From the NCBI GenBank assembly GCA_038087875.1, contig CM075994.1:9984001-10048000 (forward strand): a stretch of 64,000 nucleotides of DNA, read 5' to 3'. This document shows, one piece after another, positions 25,535 through 39,372 of this stretch. Below the pieces are notes generated by a model. That model saw only the letters and a list, made by a program, of their open reading frames with translations. It ran no database searches and was not told the DNA's origin. This DNA comes from Malacoraja senta (taxonomy: Eukaryota). The translations under genes and the position numbers were made by a program. Every line of letters starts with the position of its first letter. Position 1 is the stretch's first letter.

Positions 25535-27863
25535 ATAGAAACATAGAAACATAGAAAATAGGTGCAGGAGTAGGCCATTCGGCCCTTCTAGCCTGCATTC
25601 AATATGACCATGGATGATCATCCAACGCAGTATCCTGTACCTGCCTTCTCTCCATACCCCCTGATCCCTTTAGCCACAAGGGCCACATCTAACTCCCTCT
25701 TAAATATAGCCAATGAACTGGCCTCAACTACCTTCTGTGCCAGAGAATTCCACAGATTCACCACTCTCTGTGTGAAAAATGATTTTCTCATATCGGTCCT
25801 AAAAGACATCCCCCTTATCCTTAAACTGTGACCCCTTGTTCTGGACTTCCCCAACATCGGGAACAATCTTCCTGCATCTAGCCTGTCCAACCTCTTAAGA
25901 AACTTGTAAGTTTCTATAAGATCCCCCCTCAATCTTTTAAATTCTAGCGAGTACAGGCCGAGTCTATCCAGTCTTTCTTCATATGAAAGTCCTGCCATCC
26001 CAGGAATCAGTCTGGTGAACATTCTCTGTACTCCCTCTATGGCAAGAATGTCTTTCCTCAGATTTGCTGACCAAAATTGTACGCAATACTCCAGGTGTGG
26101 TCTCACCAAGGCCCTGTACAACTGCAGTAGAACCTCCCTGCTCTTATACTCAAATCCTTTTGCTATGAATGCTAATATACCATTCGCTTTCTTCACTGCC
26201 TGCTGCACCTGCATGCCTAATTTCAATGACTGGTGTACCATGACACCCAGATCACGTTGCATCTCCCCCTTTTCCTAATCGGCCACCATTCAGATAATAG
26301 TCTACTTTCCTGTTTTTGCCACCAAAGTGGATAACCTCACATTTATCCACATTATACTGCATCTGCCATGCATTTTCCCACTCACCCAGCCTATCCAAGT
26401 CACCTTGCAGCATCCTAGCATCCTCCTCACAGCTAACACTGCTAACAGCTTTGTGTCATCCGCAAACTTGGAGATGCTGCATTCAATTCCCTCATCCAGT
26501 TCATTAATATATATTGTAAATAGCTGGGGTCCCAGCACTGAGCCTTGCGGTACCCCACTAGTCACTGCCTGCCATTCTGAAAGGACCCATTTACTCATAC
26601 TCTTTGCTTCCTGTCTGCCAGCCAGGTCTCTATCCACATCAATACTGAACCCCCAATACCGTGTGCTTTAAGTTTGCATACTAATCTCTGATGTGGGACC
26701 TTGTCAAAAGCCTTCTGAAAGTCCAGATATAACACATCCACTGGTTCTCCCTTATCCACTCTACTAGTTACATCCTCAAAAAATTCTATAAGATTCGTCA
26801 GACATGATTTACCTTTCATAAATCCATGCTGACTTTATCCAATGATTTCACCACTTTCCAACTGTGCTGCTATCCCATCTTTAATAACTGACTCTAGCAT
26901 TTTCCCCACTACCGATGTTAGACTAACTGGTCTGTAATTCCCCGTTTTCTCTCTCCCTCCCTTTTTAAAAAGTGGGGTTACATTAGCTACCCTCTAATCC
27001 TCAGGAACTACTCCAGAATCTAAAGAGTTCTGAAAAATTATCACTAATGCATCCACTATTTCTGGGGCTACTTCCTTAAGTACTCTGGGATGCAGCCTGT
27101 CTGGCCCTGGGGATTTATCGGCCTTTAATCCATTCAATTTACCTAACACCACTTCCCGGCTAACCGGGATTTCACTCTGTTCCTCCATCTCATTTGACCC
27201 CCGGTCCCCTGCTATTTCCGGCAGATTATTTATGTCTTCCTTAGTGAAGACAGAACCAAAGTAGTTATTAAATTGGTCTGCCATATCCTTGTTCCCCATG
27301 ATCAATTCACCAGTTTCTGACTGCAAGGGACCTACATTTGTTTTTACTAATCTTTTTCTCTTCACATATCTATAAAAACTTTTGCAGTCAGTTTTTATGT
27401 TCCCTGCCAGTAGGCTGCTTTTTCTGGCTAATTTGTATGCTTCATCATTTGCTTTGATACTATCCCTGATTTCCCTTGTTATCCACGGATGCCCTACCTT
27501 CCCCGATTTATTCTTTTGCCAAACTGGGATGAACAATTGTTGTCGTTCATCCATGCAGTCTTTAGATGCCTTCCATTGCATATCCACTGTCAACCCTTTA
27601 AGAATCACTTGCCAGTCTATCTTGGCCAATTCACGTCTCATACCCTCAAAGTTACCTTTGTTTAAGTTTGGAACACTTGTTTCTGAATTAACAATGTCAC
27701 TCTCCATCCTAATGAAGAACCCAACCATATTATGGTCACTCTTGCCCAAGGGGCCACGCACAACAAGACTGCTAACCAACCCTTCCTCATTACTCAATAC
27801 CCAGTCTAGAATAGCCTGTTCTCTCATTGGTTCCTCTACATGTTGGTTTAGAAAACTATCCCG
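25535..27863 (-). mobile_element. CR1 LINE, ~2.3 kb (end of endonuclease, RT, 3' UTR), frameshifted
   Basis: [55 protein letters not shown]; (CTATGTTT)n tail. Confidence 0.93.
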
Positions 27864-28204
27864 CAGGAGTGAAGGAAATAGGCGATGTTTCTTGTCGAGA
27901 CCCTTCTTCAGACTGATAGAATTGTTTTGTCTTTTGAGTAGCAGTGGTTTATGTTTAACTGAATGGTTGCCCTGGGGACTGTTTGCCCGATTTCTGAAAA
28001 GGTGCAAACGACTTTTGTTTAAATAGCTGTTTTCACGAAAAACAATAAATAAAATGAACTCGTTCTCCAAACTGGTGACTTTCTTAATTGAACTTCGAAT
28101 ATCCGTTAAAGTTACAATCAGCATGGAGTGGGAGATCGCGATGAAGAACAAAGAAGTAAACGGGGCCGGCGAGCGGAAAGCAGAAGTTATTTAAAGATTG
28201 TTGA

Positions 28205-28922
28205 TGGTAGACAAAAATGCTGGAGAAACTCAGCGTGTGAGGCAGCATCTATGGAGAGAAGGAATAGGTGACGTTTCGGGTCGAGACCCTTCTTCAGGCT
28301 GATGTGGAGGTGGGGAGGGCGGGAAGAAGAAAGGAAGAGGCGGAGACAGTGGGCTGTGGGAGAGCTGGGAAGGGGAGGTGGGGAGGGAGTAAGCAAGGAC
28401 TATCTGAAATTGGAGAGGTCAATGTTCATACCGCTGGGGTGTAAACTTCCCAAGCGAAATATGAGGTGCTGCTCCTCCAATTTGCGGTGGGACTCACTCT
28501 GGCCATGGAGGAGGCCCAGGACAGAAAGATCGGTTTGGAATGGGAGGAGTTGAAGTGCTGAGCCACTGGGAGATCAGGTTTGTTATTGCGAACTGAGCGG
28601 AGGTGTTGGGCGAAGCGATCGCCAAGCCTGCACTTGGTCTCACCGATGTAGAGCAGCCGACACCCGGAGCAGCGGATGCAACAGATGAGGTTGGAGGAAG
28701 TGCAGGTGAACCCCTGCCTCACCTGGAAAGACTGCTTGGGTCCTTAGATGGAGTCAAGGGGGGAGGTAAAGTGACAAGTGTAGCATTTCCTGCGGTTGCA
28801 AGGGAAAGTACCCGGGGAGGGCGTGGTTTGGGTGGGAAGGGACGAATTGACCAGGGAATTACTGTGGGAGCGGTCTCTGCGGAAAGCAGAAAGGTGAGGA
28901 GATGGGAAGATGTGGCCAGTGT
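28205..28922 (-). mobile_element. Penelope-like element 3' part (GIY-YIG)
   Basis: GTFPCNRRKCYTC; FTCTSSNLICCIRCSGCRLLYIGETKCRLGDRFAQH; terminal repeat with hammerhead-like motif at ~28270-28297. Confidence 0.9.
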
Positions 28923-29559
28923 TTAAAGAATATTGATGTTCTAATCTATATGTGTGTGCCTCAGCGTCCATGAAGATCTACTGATGTTATTCAACAGCTG
29001 TTATTCAACAGCTGAGTAACTGATACTTTTTCATGTGAATCTCTGCCTAATTTAAGAAACAGTTAGACAGGTGCAAGGATAGGACAGGTTTGCAGGTATA
29101 TGGACCAAACGCGGGCAGGTGGGACTAGTGTAGCTGGGACATGTTGGCCGGTGTGGGCAAGTTGGGCCGAAGGGTCTGTTTCCACATTCTATCACACTAT
29201 AACTCTGACTATAATGTGTAAAATCACATATAATGTCTCATATTTCTCATATTCTGTATTGGGAAGGAGGTGGTAAGAACTTTGCCCATCAAAAGTCATA
29301 TTTAGGCCGACGCTTTCCGAAATCTACAGCTAACAATTATATCTTGCACTTTCGGATTCACTGTGAACGGCGGAGGTTTGGGGAATGCTGTGAAGCAGAG
29401 GTATCTATATAGGCAGATATATAGTTCCCTGCAATGTAGCATCACAAGAACATAGGTTTAAGAAGGAACTGCAGATGCTGGAATAATCTACGGTAGACAA
29501 AAGTGCTGGAGTAACACAGCGGGTGAGGCAGCATCTATGGAGCGAAGGAATACAAACAA

Positions 29560-31540
29560 AGAAACATAGAAAATAGGTGCAGGAGGAGGCCATTCAGCCC
29601 TTCGAGCCAGCACCGCCATTCATTGTGATCATGGCTGATCGTCCCCTATCAATAACCCGTGCCTGCCTTCTCCCCTTATCCCTTGCCTCCACTAGCCCCT
29701 AGAGCTCTATCTAACTCTCTCTTAAATCCATCCAGTGACTTGGCCTCCCCTGCCCTCTGTGGCAGGGAATTCCATAAATTCACAACTCTCTGGGTGAAAA
29801 CGTTTTTTCTCACCTCAGTCTTAAATGACCACCCCTTTATTCTAAGACAGTGGCCGCTGGTTCTGGATTCTGCCAACATTGGGAACATTTGTCCTGCATC
29901 TAGCTTGTCCAGTCCTTTTATAATTTTATATGTTTCTATAAGATATCCCTTCATCCTTCTAAACTCCAGTGAATGGGTGATGATTCGGGTTGAGACCCTT
30001 CTTCAGACGGTAGAAGATAGGGTGGTCAAGAAAGTGTACGGCACATTGGCCTTCATCAGTCAAGGAATTGAATATAGAAGTTGTGATTTATGTTACATTT
30101 GTGGAAGACCTTGGCGAGGCTGCATTTGGAGATGTGTTCACTTCTGGACATCCTGCCACAGAGAGGACGTTGCTAAACTGGATGGAGCGCAGTGAAGATG
30201 TACGAGGATGTGCGTTATCTCACCGTCACCCAATTTGCTCAAGTCAGAGTCACACAACGCAGAAACAGGACCTTCGACTCAACTTGCCCACATCACCGAC
30301 CTGGTCGTTTTTTTCGAGCCAAGGCCTCAGTAGTTACCCTCCGCAAAGCACTTGCCTCGCCCAACATGTTCGCTTCCAACAGGCCGCTTTGCTAGTGTCT
30401 GCCTTCCTTTCCATACACCCGGTAGGAACAGTCACTCCGGGATGTTAAACTGCTTTCTGCTGCTCCAAATCCAACTGAAACTGGTTACCTGGGTGGCATT
30501 TTAAAACGTTCACGTCCCCTTTTCAGCTTCTCTGACTGAAAATGAACTGGAATAAGAATAAGTGGTAAGCCATTTACAACGGAGACGAGGAAACACTTTT
30601 TCTCACAGAGAGTTGTGAGTCTGTGGAATTCTTTGCCTCAGAGGGCGGGGGAGGCCGATTCTCTGGATACTTTCAAGAGAGAGCTAGATAGGGCTCTTGA
30701 AGATGGAGTCAGGGGAGATGGGGAGAAGGCAGGAACGGGGTACTGATTGTGGATGATCAGCCATGATCACATTGAATGGCGGTGCTGGCTCGAAGGGCCG
30801 AATGGCCTATTCCGGCACCTATTGTATATTGCCTATTGAGGTTAGATCTGAGTTGCAGAGGCCACAAGCAGTGAAAGGCTAAATCTATTTTTGTTAAAAT
30901 ATCTTTAACCTATAATTAATCTCCAGAATGATTTTTCTGTCTTTTTTGTAAACCATGATCAGCTTTACATAATATTGGCTGATACACAATCGGTTTATTC
31001 AGTGGCTGTACTAAGACGTCTATTGCAAATTAGTCAATAGACAATAGACAGTAGGTGTAGGAGTAGGCTATTCGGCCCTTCGAGCCAGCACCGCCATTCA
31101 ATGTAAACGTGGCTGATCATCCCCAATCAGTTCCTGCCTTCTCCCCATATCCCCTGACCGTTATCTTTAAGAGCCCTATCTAGCTCTCTCTTGAAAGTAT
31201 CCAGAGAACCGGCCTCCACCGCCCGCTGAGGCAGAGAATTCCACAGAATCACAACTCTCTGTGAGAAAAAGTGTTTCCTCGTGTCCGTTCTAAATGCCTT
31301 ACCTCTTATTCTTAAACTGTGGCCCCTGGTTCTGGACTCCCCCAACATCGGGAACATGTTTCCTGCCCCTAGTGTGTCCAAACCCTTAACAATCTTATGT
31401 GTTTCACTAATATGCCCTCTCATCCTTCTAAACTCCAGAGTGTACAAGCCCAGCCGCTCCATTCTCTCAGCATATGACAGTCCCGCCATCCCGGGAATTA
31501 ACCTGGTAAACCTACGCTGCACTCCCTCAATAGCAAGAAT
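29560..31540. mobile_element. CR1 3' fragments (29560-29972 -, 30552-30838 +, 31035-31540 -)
   Basis: CR1 RT C-terminal peptides and 3' UTR. Confidence 0.85.
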
Positions 31541-31654
31541 GAGGGCCAAGTCATGTTGGGCTAATGTGATAAAACCAAACTAAATCTTAATGCCATAGTG
31601 TAATACAGCACGAAAACAGGCCATTGAACCCAACTTTGTCCATGGTGACCAAGA

Positions 31655-32005
31655 TTCCCGTCTCCCCGCCGGCCTGCGGCCTACAACATCCCGAATCCGC
31701 GGTCTCCGGTAAGAAAGCGCCGATTCGGGACCTCCAAGCCGCGGAGTGTGTTCGACCGTCCCGACGAGAGGGCTTGTACATCGGGCCATCCGTAGCGGTG
31801 ACTGCGGAGGTTTATGGCCCCGGCCACGGGTGAACAAGGAGGAGGACTGGCTGAACGTTGTGCCTTCCACCACAGTGAAGAATGCTGTGGTGGATGTTTG
31901 TGTTAAACCTTATTGAGTATTGTGTGTTCTTTTTTAATTGTACCGCTGCTGGCAAATTGATTTCACTGCACTTATATGTGTATGTGATGAATAAAATGGA
32001 CTATT
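31655..32005 (+). mobile_element. Unclassified non-autonomous retroelement (second copy 41447-41825 -, partial copy 43135-43255 -)
   Basis: Shared GC-rich head gccggcctgcggcc..aacatc..ggtctccggta and 3' end gaatgctgtggtggatgtttgtgttaaa...aataaaat; the 41447 copy ends in a (TGACTT)n tail. Confidence 0.65.
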
Positions 32006-32649
32006 GTCCCATCTAGTCCCACCTGCCTGCATTTGGTCCATTTCTCTCTAAACCTTTCCTATCCATGCACCCGTCCAAATGTCTTAAATGTTGGTCCAGT
32101 ATCTCCCTTAAATACCTCCTCTGGCAGCTCGTTCCACATATCCACCACCATCTGCGTGAAAATATTGCCATTAAATCTTTCCCCTCTCACCTTAAAACTA
32201 TATTGTCTGGTTCCTGATTCCTCTGAGTAAAAAAAGACTGTGTATCCACTTTAGTTATTCCGCTCATTATCTTATACACCTCTTCCTGTAGTTCAGGCCC
32301 TCAAGGAACGTCGCCTATTCCTTCTCTCCATAGATGCTGCCGCACACGCTGAGTTACTCGAGCATTTTTGTCTACCTTCTAGCTACAGCTCATTGCGTTA
32401 GGGAACCAGCGCAACAGCTGTGGCTGCCAAGGGATATGGGGAGAAAGCAGGAACAGCGTACTGATTATGGATGATCGGCCATGATCATATTGAATGGCGG
32501 TGCTGGCTCGAAGGGCCAAATGGCCAACCGTGCACCTATTGTCTATGAGAACGGTTCCGACCTGAAACGTCCACCTATTTCCCCCCCGAGATGTCGCCTG
32601 ACTCGCTGAGCTACTCCAGCATTTAGTGGCGATCTGAGCATGTCATGGA

Positions 32650-33625
32650 CAGTAGACGAAAATGCTGGAGAAACTCAGCGGGTGAGGCAGCATCTATGGA
32701 GTGAAGGAAATAGGCGACGTCTCGGGTCGAGACCCTTCTTCAGACTGACGTGTGTGCGTGAGGGAGGGAGAGAAGAAAGGAAGAGGGAGACAGTGGGTTG
32801 TGGGAGAGCTGGGAAGGGGAAGGGAAGGAGGGAGAAAGCAAGGACTACCTGAAATTGGAGACCCAGGACAGAAAGGTCGGATTCGGAATGGGAGGGGGAA
32901 TTGAAGTGCTGAGCCACCGGGAGATCAGGCTGTCCTACATCGGTGAGACCAAGCGCAGGCTTGGCGATCGCTTCGCCCAACACCTCCGCTCGGTTCGCAA
33001 TAACCAACCCGATCTCCCGGTGGCTCAGCACTTCAACTCCCCCTCCCATTCCCAATCCGACCTTTCTGTCCTGGGCCTCCTCCATGGCCAGAGTGAGTCC
33101 CACCGCAAATTGGAGGAGCAGCACCTCATATTTCGCTTGGGTAGTTTACACCCCAGCGGTATGAACATTGACGTCTCCAATTGCAGGTAGTCCTTGCTTT
33201 CTCCCTCCTCCCCCTCCCCTCCCCAGCTCTCCCACAGCCCACTGTCTCCGCCTCTTCCTTTCTCCCCCCGCCACCACCAATCTGAAGAAGGGTCTCGACT
33301 CGAAACGTCACCTATTTTTTTCGCTCCATAGATGCTGTCTCGCCCGCTGAGTTTCTCCAGCTCTTTGTCTACCCTCAAAAAGCTGGAGTAACTCAGCGGG
33401 ACAGGCAGCATTCTCTGGAGCGAAGGTATGGGTGGGTGACTTTTCAGGTCGTGACCAAAGAGATCTCCGCTCTATAATTTTTGATCGTGACCCTCCAGTC
33501 CGAAGAAGGGTCTCGACCCGAAACATCACCCATTCCTTCTTTCCATAGATGCTGCCTCACCCGCTGAGTTTCTCCACCAATTTTGACCACCTTTTATTTT
33601 TCCAGCATGTGCAGTTTTCTTAAAC
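32650..33625. mobile_element. Penelope-like element with inverted terminal copy (32650-32930 -, 32935-33370 +) plus further short derivatives
   Basis: YIGETKRRLGDRFAQHLRSV...; the 3' terminal sequence is present in both orientations; hammerhead-like motifs at ~32717-32744 (-) and 33282-33309 (+). Confidence 0.85.
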
Positions 33626-33920
33626 ATGTCAGACAGTAGTCTCAGTGAGGTGGTTACTCCTTGGTCTCAAGTGAGGTAGTTACTTCCTTGGTCTCAAGTG
33701 AGGTGGTTTACTCCTTGGGCAAGGCGGGTGTGCAGCACTAGGAAAGGGGCAGGGGCAGAGATGCAAGAATCCCGTTTGCAAGGGAAAAATCTTTTTTCAA
33801 ACACAAGTATACACAATGATGCACGATTTTATTTTTCCTTTATTAGATCCACACAAAAAAAAATCATTTAGCACACATATGTCTGTTACACATTTTCAAG
33901 TTAACTTAAGTCTAAACCGT

Positions 33921-34706
33921 TCAGCACTTGTTCGGTTCAGTGTTTTGCGAAAAAGTCGCTTTCTCATCCACCAAGTCCGTCGGCTTGACGCTGTCCCGAT
34001 CCATCTTCGCAGCCACCTTCTTGGCCCTTCGCCTGAAGTTGCGGCCCTTGACCAGCGCCCTCCTCGCCCGGACCGTTTTCCAGCGGGCGGTCGAGCGGGC
34101 GGTCACCTTCTTCAAGGCGCCGCCGCCCGCCTTCTTGTGGTGCCGGCCCGCCTTCTTCAACTGACTGTGCCGCCGCCTGTTGCAGCAGCCGCCGCCGCCC
34201 CTCGCCATCTTGGACTTCTTGGCCGCCGGCCTCTTGGCCAACACCGTCCGGCGGGCGGCCGCCCCCAGCGGCAACTTGAACGCCGCCGCCCCCCCCGCCT
34301 CCTGCGGGCACCTGCCGAGCCGGACCGAGCCCGAGGCGCCGCTGCCCGTCGTCTGCACCAGCGAGCCTTTGCTCACCAGGGTGCGCACGGCGCGGTTGAC
34401 CCGCATGTTGTGGCGGGGCAGGTCGTAGCCGCTGGCCGACAGCAGCTTCTTGACGGCGGCCACCGACAGCCCCCGCCGCTCCTTGGTCGCCGCCACCGCC
34501 CTCATGATCTGCTCGGCCACGGTGCAGCCGAACTTCCTGTGGCGGTACGGCCGGCGCTTCTTCTTCACGGCCACCGCGATGTCCAGCGAGTCCACCTCCT
34601 CGGGCAGCAGCAACGGCGGCACCGCCAGCGGCGGCGGCGATTGCTGCAGCAGCAGCGAGGTGGCCGCGGTGGAAAAGTCCACGCCCGGCGATTCCATGTC
34701 GGTCAT
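33921..34706 (-). CDS. Linker histone H1-family variant (261 aa, intronless), possibly a germ-cell H1 or protamine-like protein
   Basis: Intact ORF from ATG at 34706 in a CpG island. H1 winged-helix domain TVAEQIMRAVAATKERRGLSVAAVKKLLSASGYD...VNRAVRTLVSKGSLVQTTGSGASGSVRL; K/R/A-rich tail; two AATAAA (33839-33844 and 33828-33833, -) downstream. Confidence 0.92.
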   Translation of the reverse strand: MTDMESPGVDFSTAATSLLLQQSPPPLAVPPLLLPEEVDSLDIAVAVKKKRRPYRHRKFGCTVAEQIMRAVAATKERRGLSVAAVKKLLSASGYDLPRHNMRVNRAVRTLVSKGSLVQTTGSGASGSVRLGRCPQEAGGAAAFKLPLGAAARRTVLAKRPAAKKSKMARGGGGCCNRRRHSQLKKAGRHHKKAGGGALKKVTARSTARWKTVRARRALVKGRNFRRRAKKVAAKMDRDSVKPTDLVDEKATFSQNTEPNKC

Positions 34707-37023
34707 AGCCAAGTGTGCCCGCGTCGCGTCGCCTCACCTCACCTCCCCTCACCTCAGCTCCGCTCCGCAGCCGCGGCTGCATTGACGGCGCCGCGCCGAC
34801 GCCCCGCCTGTTAAAGCGGCGGCGCGGACGCGGTAGACTCAACCGCCCTCCGCCGCCGGCACAACTTGTGCTTTCTCCCCGCCCAAATATCACCCTCGCC
34901 GCCCCGAAATCGAGCGCCCGCAACCAAACCCCCGCGCCATCCGACCCCCAACCCCGTGCATTTCACACCCCGAGCGATGTCCCGGTTCGGAAACGCCCCT
35001 GCGTTCTTCCTAACGCCTCGCCACCGGGTTGCCTCGCCCGCCTGGAAAGAAATTTCCCCACTTTCCGGCTTAGAACATCGCATCGATTCGACACCTCGGC
35101 AAATGTCAAGTTTCCGACATGCGGAGGAATAGTTGGGGCTCATATTCCCGAGGGACTCTTTGCTCGCACGTCTAACGCAACCGGGAAAGACCTTTCTAAG
35201 CCCCGTCTCATTAACACACCAAGTTTGCTGATTACCAGGACCGGTCCAAATTGGAGGAACTTGCAGCAACCAGACATTTGGCAATTTTATTGCGGGACCC
35301 AGCAACTACCACATGCACGCCCAAGCTGGCCTGAGAATTGGGTACTTTCTCAATTGGTGTTATTGTGTTTATTTTCATTGGGATAGTTCTGCACCGCAGG
35401 CTACAAACGCCAATTCCGATTTTAACCGAAGCAACTTAAAGTGTTGAATTCAAGATTCACTGAGGTTGAAACTCGCTTGTATACTACCATTGCAAGACAC
35501 TACCGCTACCACACACACATCATGACAAAAAACTCCACAAATTTTGTAGTAATCAAAGACACTGTGCTAACCAAGTACGTCCCCCCTCTTTTAATACCGC
35601 TCTTGCGGACCTGGTTGAAGTATGCGAGAGAGGTAGAGTCAATGGATACTTTGAGATGGATGAAAGAACATCTGCGGTTCAACAAACCATAACAAGTTGC
35701 TTTGCCGTTATATTTCATTGAACTCCCAGAATAACCCGAGAATTAAACGGACAGATTTATTCTTTATTCCGGTTCGATATCAGCGACACACACTTACATT
35801 TTTAAAGTGAATCCAGCGCCTCAATCGGTTAGGAATGATCTTTAGAATTTCAAGGAAGAAACAATACATTGTGGTTCATTTTCATCCAAGTTTATCTTCT
35901 CTCCAACAATTAGTATTACAATTTGGGGTAGTTTCCTCATTTAAAAAAACTACCCCCAAATGTCCTTTACGTTTTTTCGAACACTCTTAAGAGAATAAAT
36001 GCACTTAACACTAAACTTATCATTGGAAGGGGAACATAGGTCTCTCCGTAACAAGGTTAATGGCAATTTCCTGGCCTCAGAACCAGGTTCTGGAAGGTTA
36101 ATTTTTATAACTGGTTCCATCTTCTCAATGGTTTTCATGAAAATAAGCTTTAAAACGAAAGCAGGGTTGCCACTTTTGAGAACTTGGGTAGTTTCATTAA
36201 ATAACCCTTCAACCGCATTAGAACCAATTATATCTGAGATGTGAACATCTCTGGGAAGGTCTTCAGTAAATGTTATCAGAATTGTAAAGAATTTAAAGGT
36301 AAAACATAAAAATAGAATATTTAAATACTGGTCCCTACATCTTCAACTTATATCATCATAACTTTCATTATGCAACGAGTGGACGAGGTCTATGATTTTT
36401 TTAGCTTCATTTCAATTCTTATATTACAGGTCCACCACCGATTAATTCTGGTACGCTTGGTTCCAGAGCCTTGCCGTGTTATCCAATTTTCCGGACCTAC
36501 AGGGGTCACAGCCATGGGGACTGAGATACTGGAAGTCGGCTATGGGATGGGATCTACCGGGCCGGAGTTCAAGAGCTTCGGCTTCAGGAGCCAAACCTGA
36601 CCCGCCGATCTATCAACATTGGGAACATGGTTCCTGCCTCTAGCGTGTCCTTGGTCTCGATGGATCAAGATTGGCCACCTCACCCGGCCTAGGCACCTCA
36701 GTTACGGGGGAACCTCCGGGAGGGGATTCATGTCCGGATTAAAGGAAGGGCCAGACCACCAGTTGCTGGAAAATCAGTGGTGGGCCCTGTACATACTTGG
36801 TCCTCTGATAGTTAACCTCCTGGAGACACCAAGGGACTGCGGATGCTGGGATCTTGAGTGAAGCACAAAGAGCTGAAGAGTTCTCATGCAGACAGTTGTA
36901 GACAGAGCCTAGACCATCACAGAAACTAATCTCCCTTCCATTGACTCCATCTACACCTCACGCTGCCTCAGTAAGGTCAGCAGCATAATCAAGGACCACT
37001 CTCATCCCCGTCACTCCCTCTTA

Positions 37024-39372
37024 CATAGATACATAGATACATAGAAAATAGGTGCAGGAGTAGGCCATTCGGCCCTTCGAGCCTGCACCGCCATTCAATA
37101 TGATCATGGCTGATCATCCAACTCAGTATCCCGTACCTGCCTTCTCTCCATATCCCCTGATCCCTTTAGCCACAAGGGCCACATCTAACTCCCCCTTAAA
37201 TATAGCCAATGAACTGGCGTCAACTACCCTCTGTGGCAGAGAGTTCCAGAGATTCACCACTCTCTGTGTGAAAAAGTTTTTCATCATCTCGGTCTTAAAG
37301 GATTTCCCCCTTATCCTTAAGCTTATCCCATCGGGCAAGAAGTACAGAAGTTTTAAAGTGCACACCCCCAGGTTCAGTGTTTAAGAAAGAACTGCAGATG
37401 CTGGGAAAATCGAAGGTAGACAAAAATGCTGGAGGTGAAGTTTCGGGTCTCGACCCGAAACGTCACTTATTCCTTTGTTCCATAGATGCTGCCTCACCCG
37501 CTGAGTTTCTCCAGCATTTTTGTCCTCCTCCAGATTCAGGTACAGTTTTTACCCAGCTGTTATCAGGCAACAGAACGGTGATCTCATCAACTAGAGTGTG
37601 GTGCTGACCTCCCATCTACCTCGTTGGAGAACTTTGTACCATCTTCAATCAAACTTTATCGGAGTTCAATGTTATATCTTGCACAAAATGTTGTACCTTT
37701 ATCCTTTATTTATGCACTGTGAACCACTTGATTGTGTTTAGGTATAGACACAAAAAGCTGGAGTAACTCAGGCAGCATCTCTGGAGGGAAGGAATGGGTG
37801 ACGCTTCGGGTCAAGACCCTTCTTCAGACCAGTGCTGCTGGTCCCGCTGAGTTAGTCCAGCTTTTTGTGTCTATCTTCAGTTTAAACCAGCATCTGCAGT
37901 TCCTTCCAACATATTGCCTTTATGTACAGTCTTTTCTTTGACAGGATAGTACCCAAGAAAACGTTTTTCCCTGTACCTCGGTACACATAACAATAATAAA
38001 CTAAACTGAACCAAACAGATTCGGTAGCATCTAGGGAGGGAATGGACAGACAAAGTTTCGGGGCTTGTCCATTCCGCCTCCCCAGATGCTGCCTGCCCCG
38101 CTGGGTACCTCCAGCATTTCGTTTTTAGACAGTTAATCTCAATTTCCCTTCAACACCAAATCAAACCAACACATCTTTCTGCATCCACAGTGCTCAATAG
38201 ACAATAGACAATAGGTGTAGGAGTAGACCATTCGGCCCTTCGGCCATTCAATGTGATCATGGCTGATCATCCCCAACCAGTGTCCCGTTCCTGCCTTCTC
38301 CCCATATCCCCTGACTCCGCTATCTTTAAGAGCCCTATCTAGCTCTCTCTTGAAAGTATCCAGAGAACCGGCCTCCAGAGGCAGATAATTCCACAGACTC
38401 ACAACTCTCTGTGTGAAAAAATGTTTCCTCATCTCCGTTCTAAATGGCTTACCCATTATTCTTAAACTGTGTAGCCCCTGGTTGTGGACTCCCGCAACTT
38501 CAAGAACATGTTTCCTGCCTCTAGCGTGTCCAAACCCTTAAAAATGTTATATGTTTCAATGAGATCACCTCTCATCCTTCTAAACTCCAGAGTGTACAAG
38601 CCCAGCCGCTCCATTCTCTCAGCATATGACAGTCCCGCCATCCCGGGAATTAACTTTGTAAACCTACGCTGCACTCACTCAATAGCAAGCATGTCCTTCC
38701 TCAAATTAGGGGACCAACCCAAGATTAGTTCCACTATCTTCTGATCTCCATAATTCTTATTTCGGCTTCCGAGTCTTTTCTTTACAGTTGCAATTCTTAA
38801 AAGTTAATGTCATCTTTTCACATTTCAACACTCCCAGTATGCCATTTCCAGCCTTGCCCCAAGGCTCAAATTACATCTAAAATAGCCACTGGACATATGA
38901 CATGGAAACATCGAAGATTTACCTATAAACATGAAATTGTTTACCTAAATGTTTAAAATGTTCAATGCGACTTAAATGGGTTAGACAATAGACATTAGAC
39001 AATAGACAATAGGTGCAGGAGTAGGCCATTCGGCCCTTCGAGCCAGCACCGCCATTCAATGTGATCATGGATGATCATCCCCAATCAGTATTCCGTTCCT
39101 GCCTTCTCCCCATATCCCCTGACGCCGCTATCTTTAAGAGCCCTATCCAGCTCTCCCTTGAAAGCATCCAGAGAACCGGCCTCCAACGCCCTCTGAGGCA
39201 GACAATTCCACAGACTCACAACTCTCTGTGAGAAAAAGTTTCCTCGTCTCCGTTCTAAATGGCTTACTCCTTATTCTCAAACTGTGGTCCCTGGTTCTGG
39301 ACTCCCCCAACGTCGGGAACATGTTTCCTGCCGCTAGCGTGCTCAAGCCCTTAACAATCTTATATGTTTCAA
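37024..39372 (-). mobile_element. CR1 3' fragments (37024-37320, 38195-38716, 38981-39372) interleaved with Rex1-like and Penelope-derived pieces
   Basis: CR1 peptides and 3' UTR tails. Confidence 0.8.

Noticed and set aside
26994..28151. 385-aa ORF as a host gene
   Set aside because: CR1 ORF2 fragment read through from a Penelope-derived piece and flanking non-coding DNA.
33816..35386. Long overlapping ORFs (332, 319 and 223 aa) around the H1 gene, and the 293-aa antisense ORF at 56214-57095
   Set aside because: Alternative-frame or antisense shadows of GC-rich coding sequence, with non-ATG starts and no recognisable domain.
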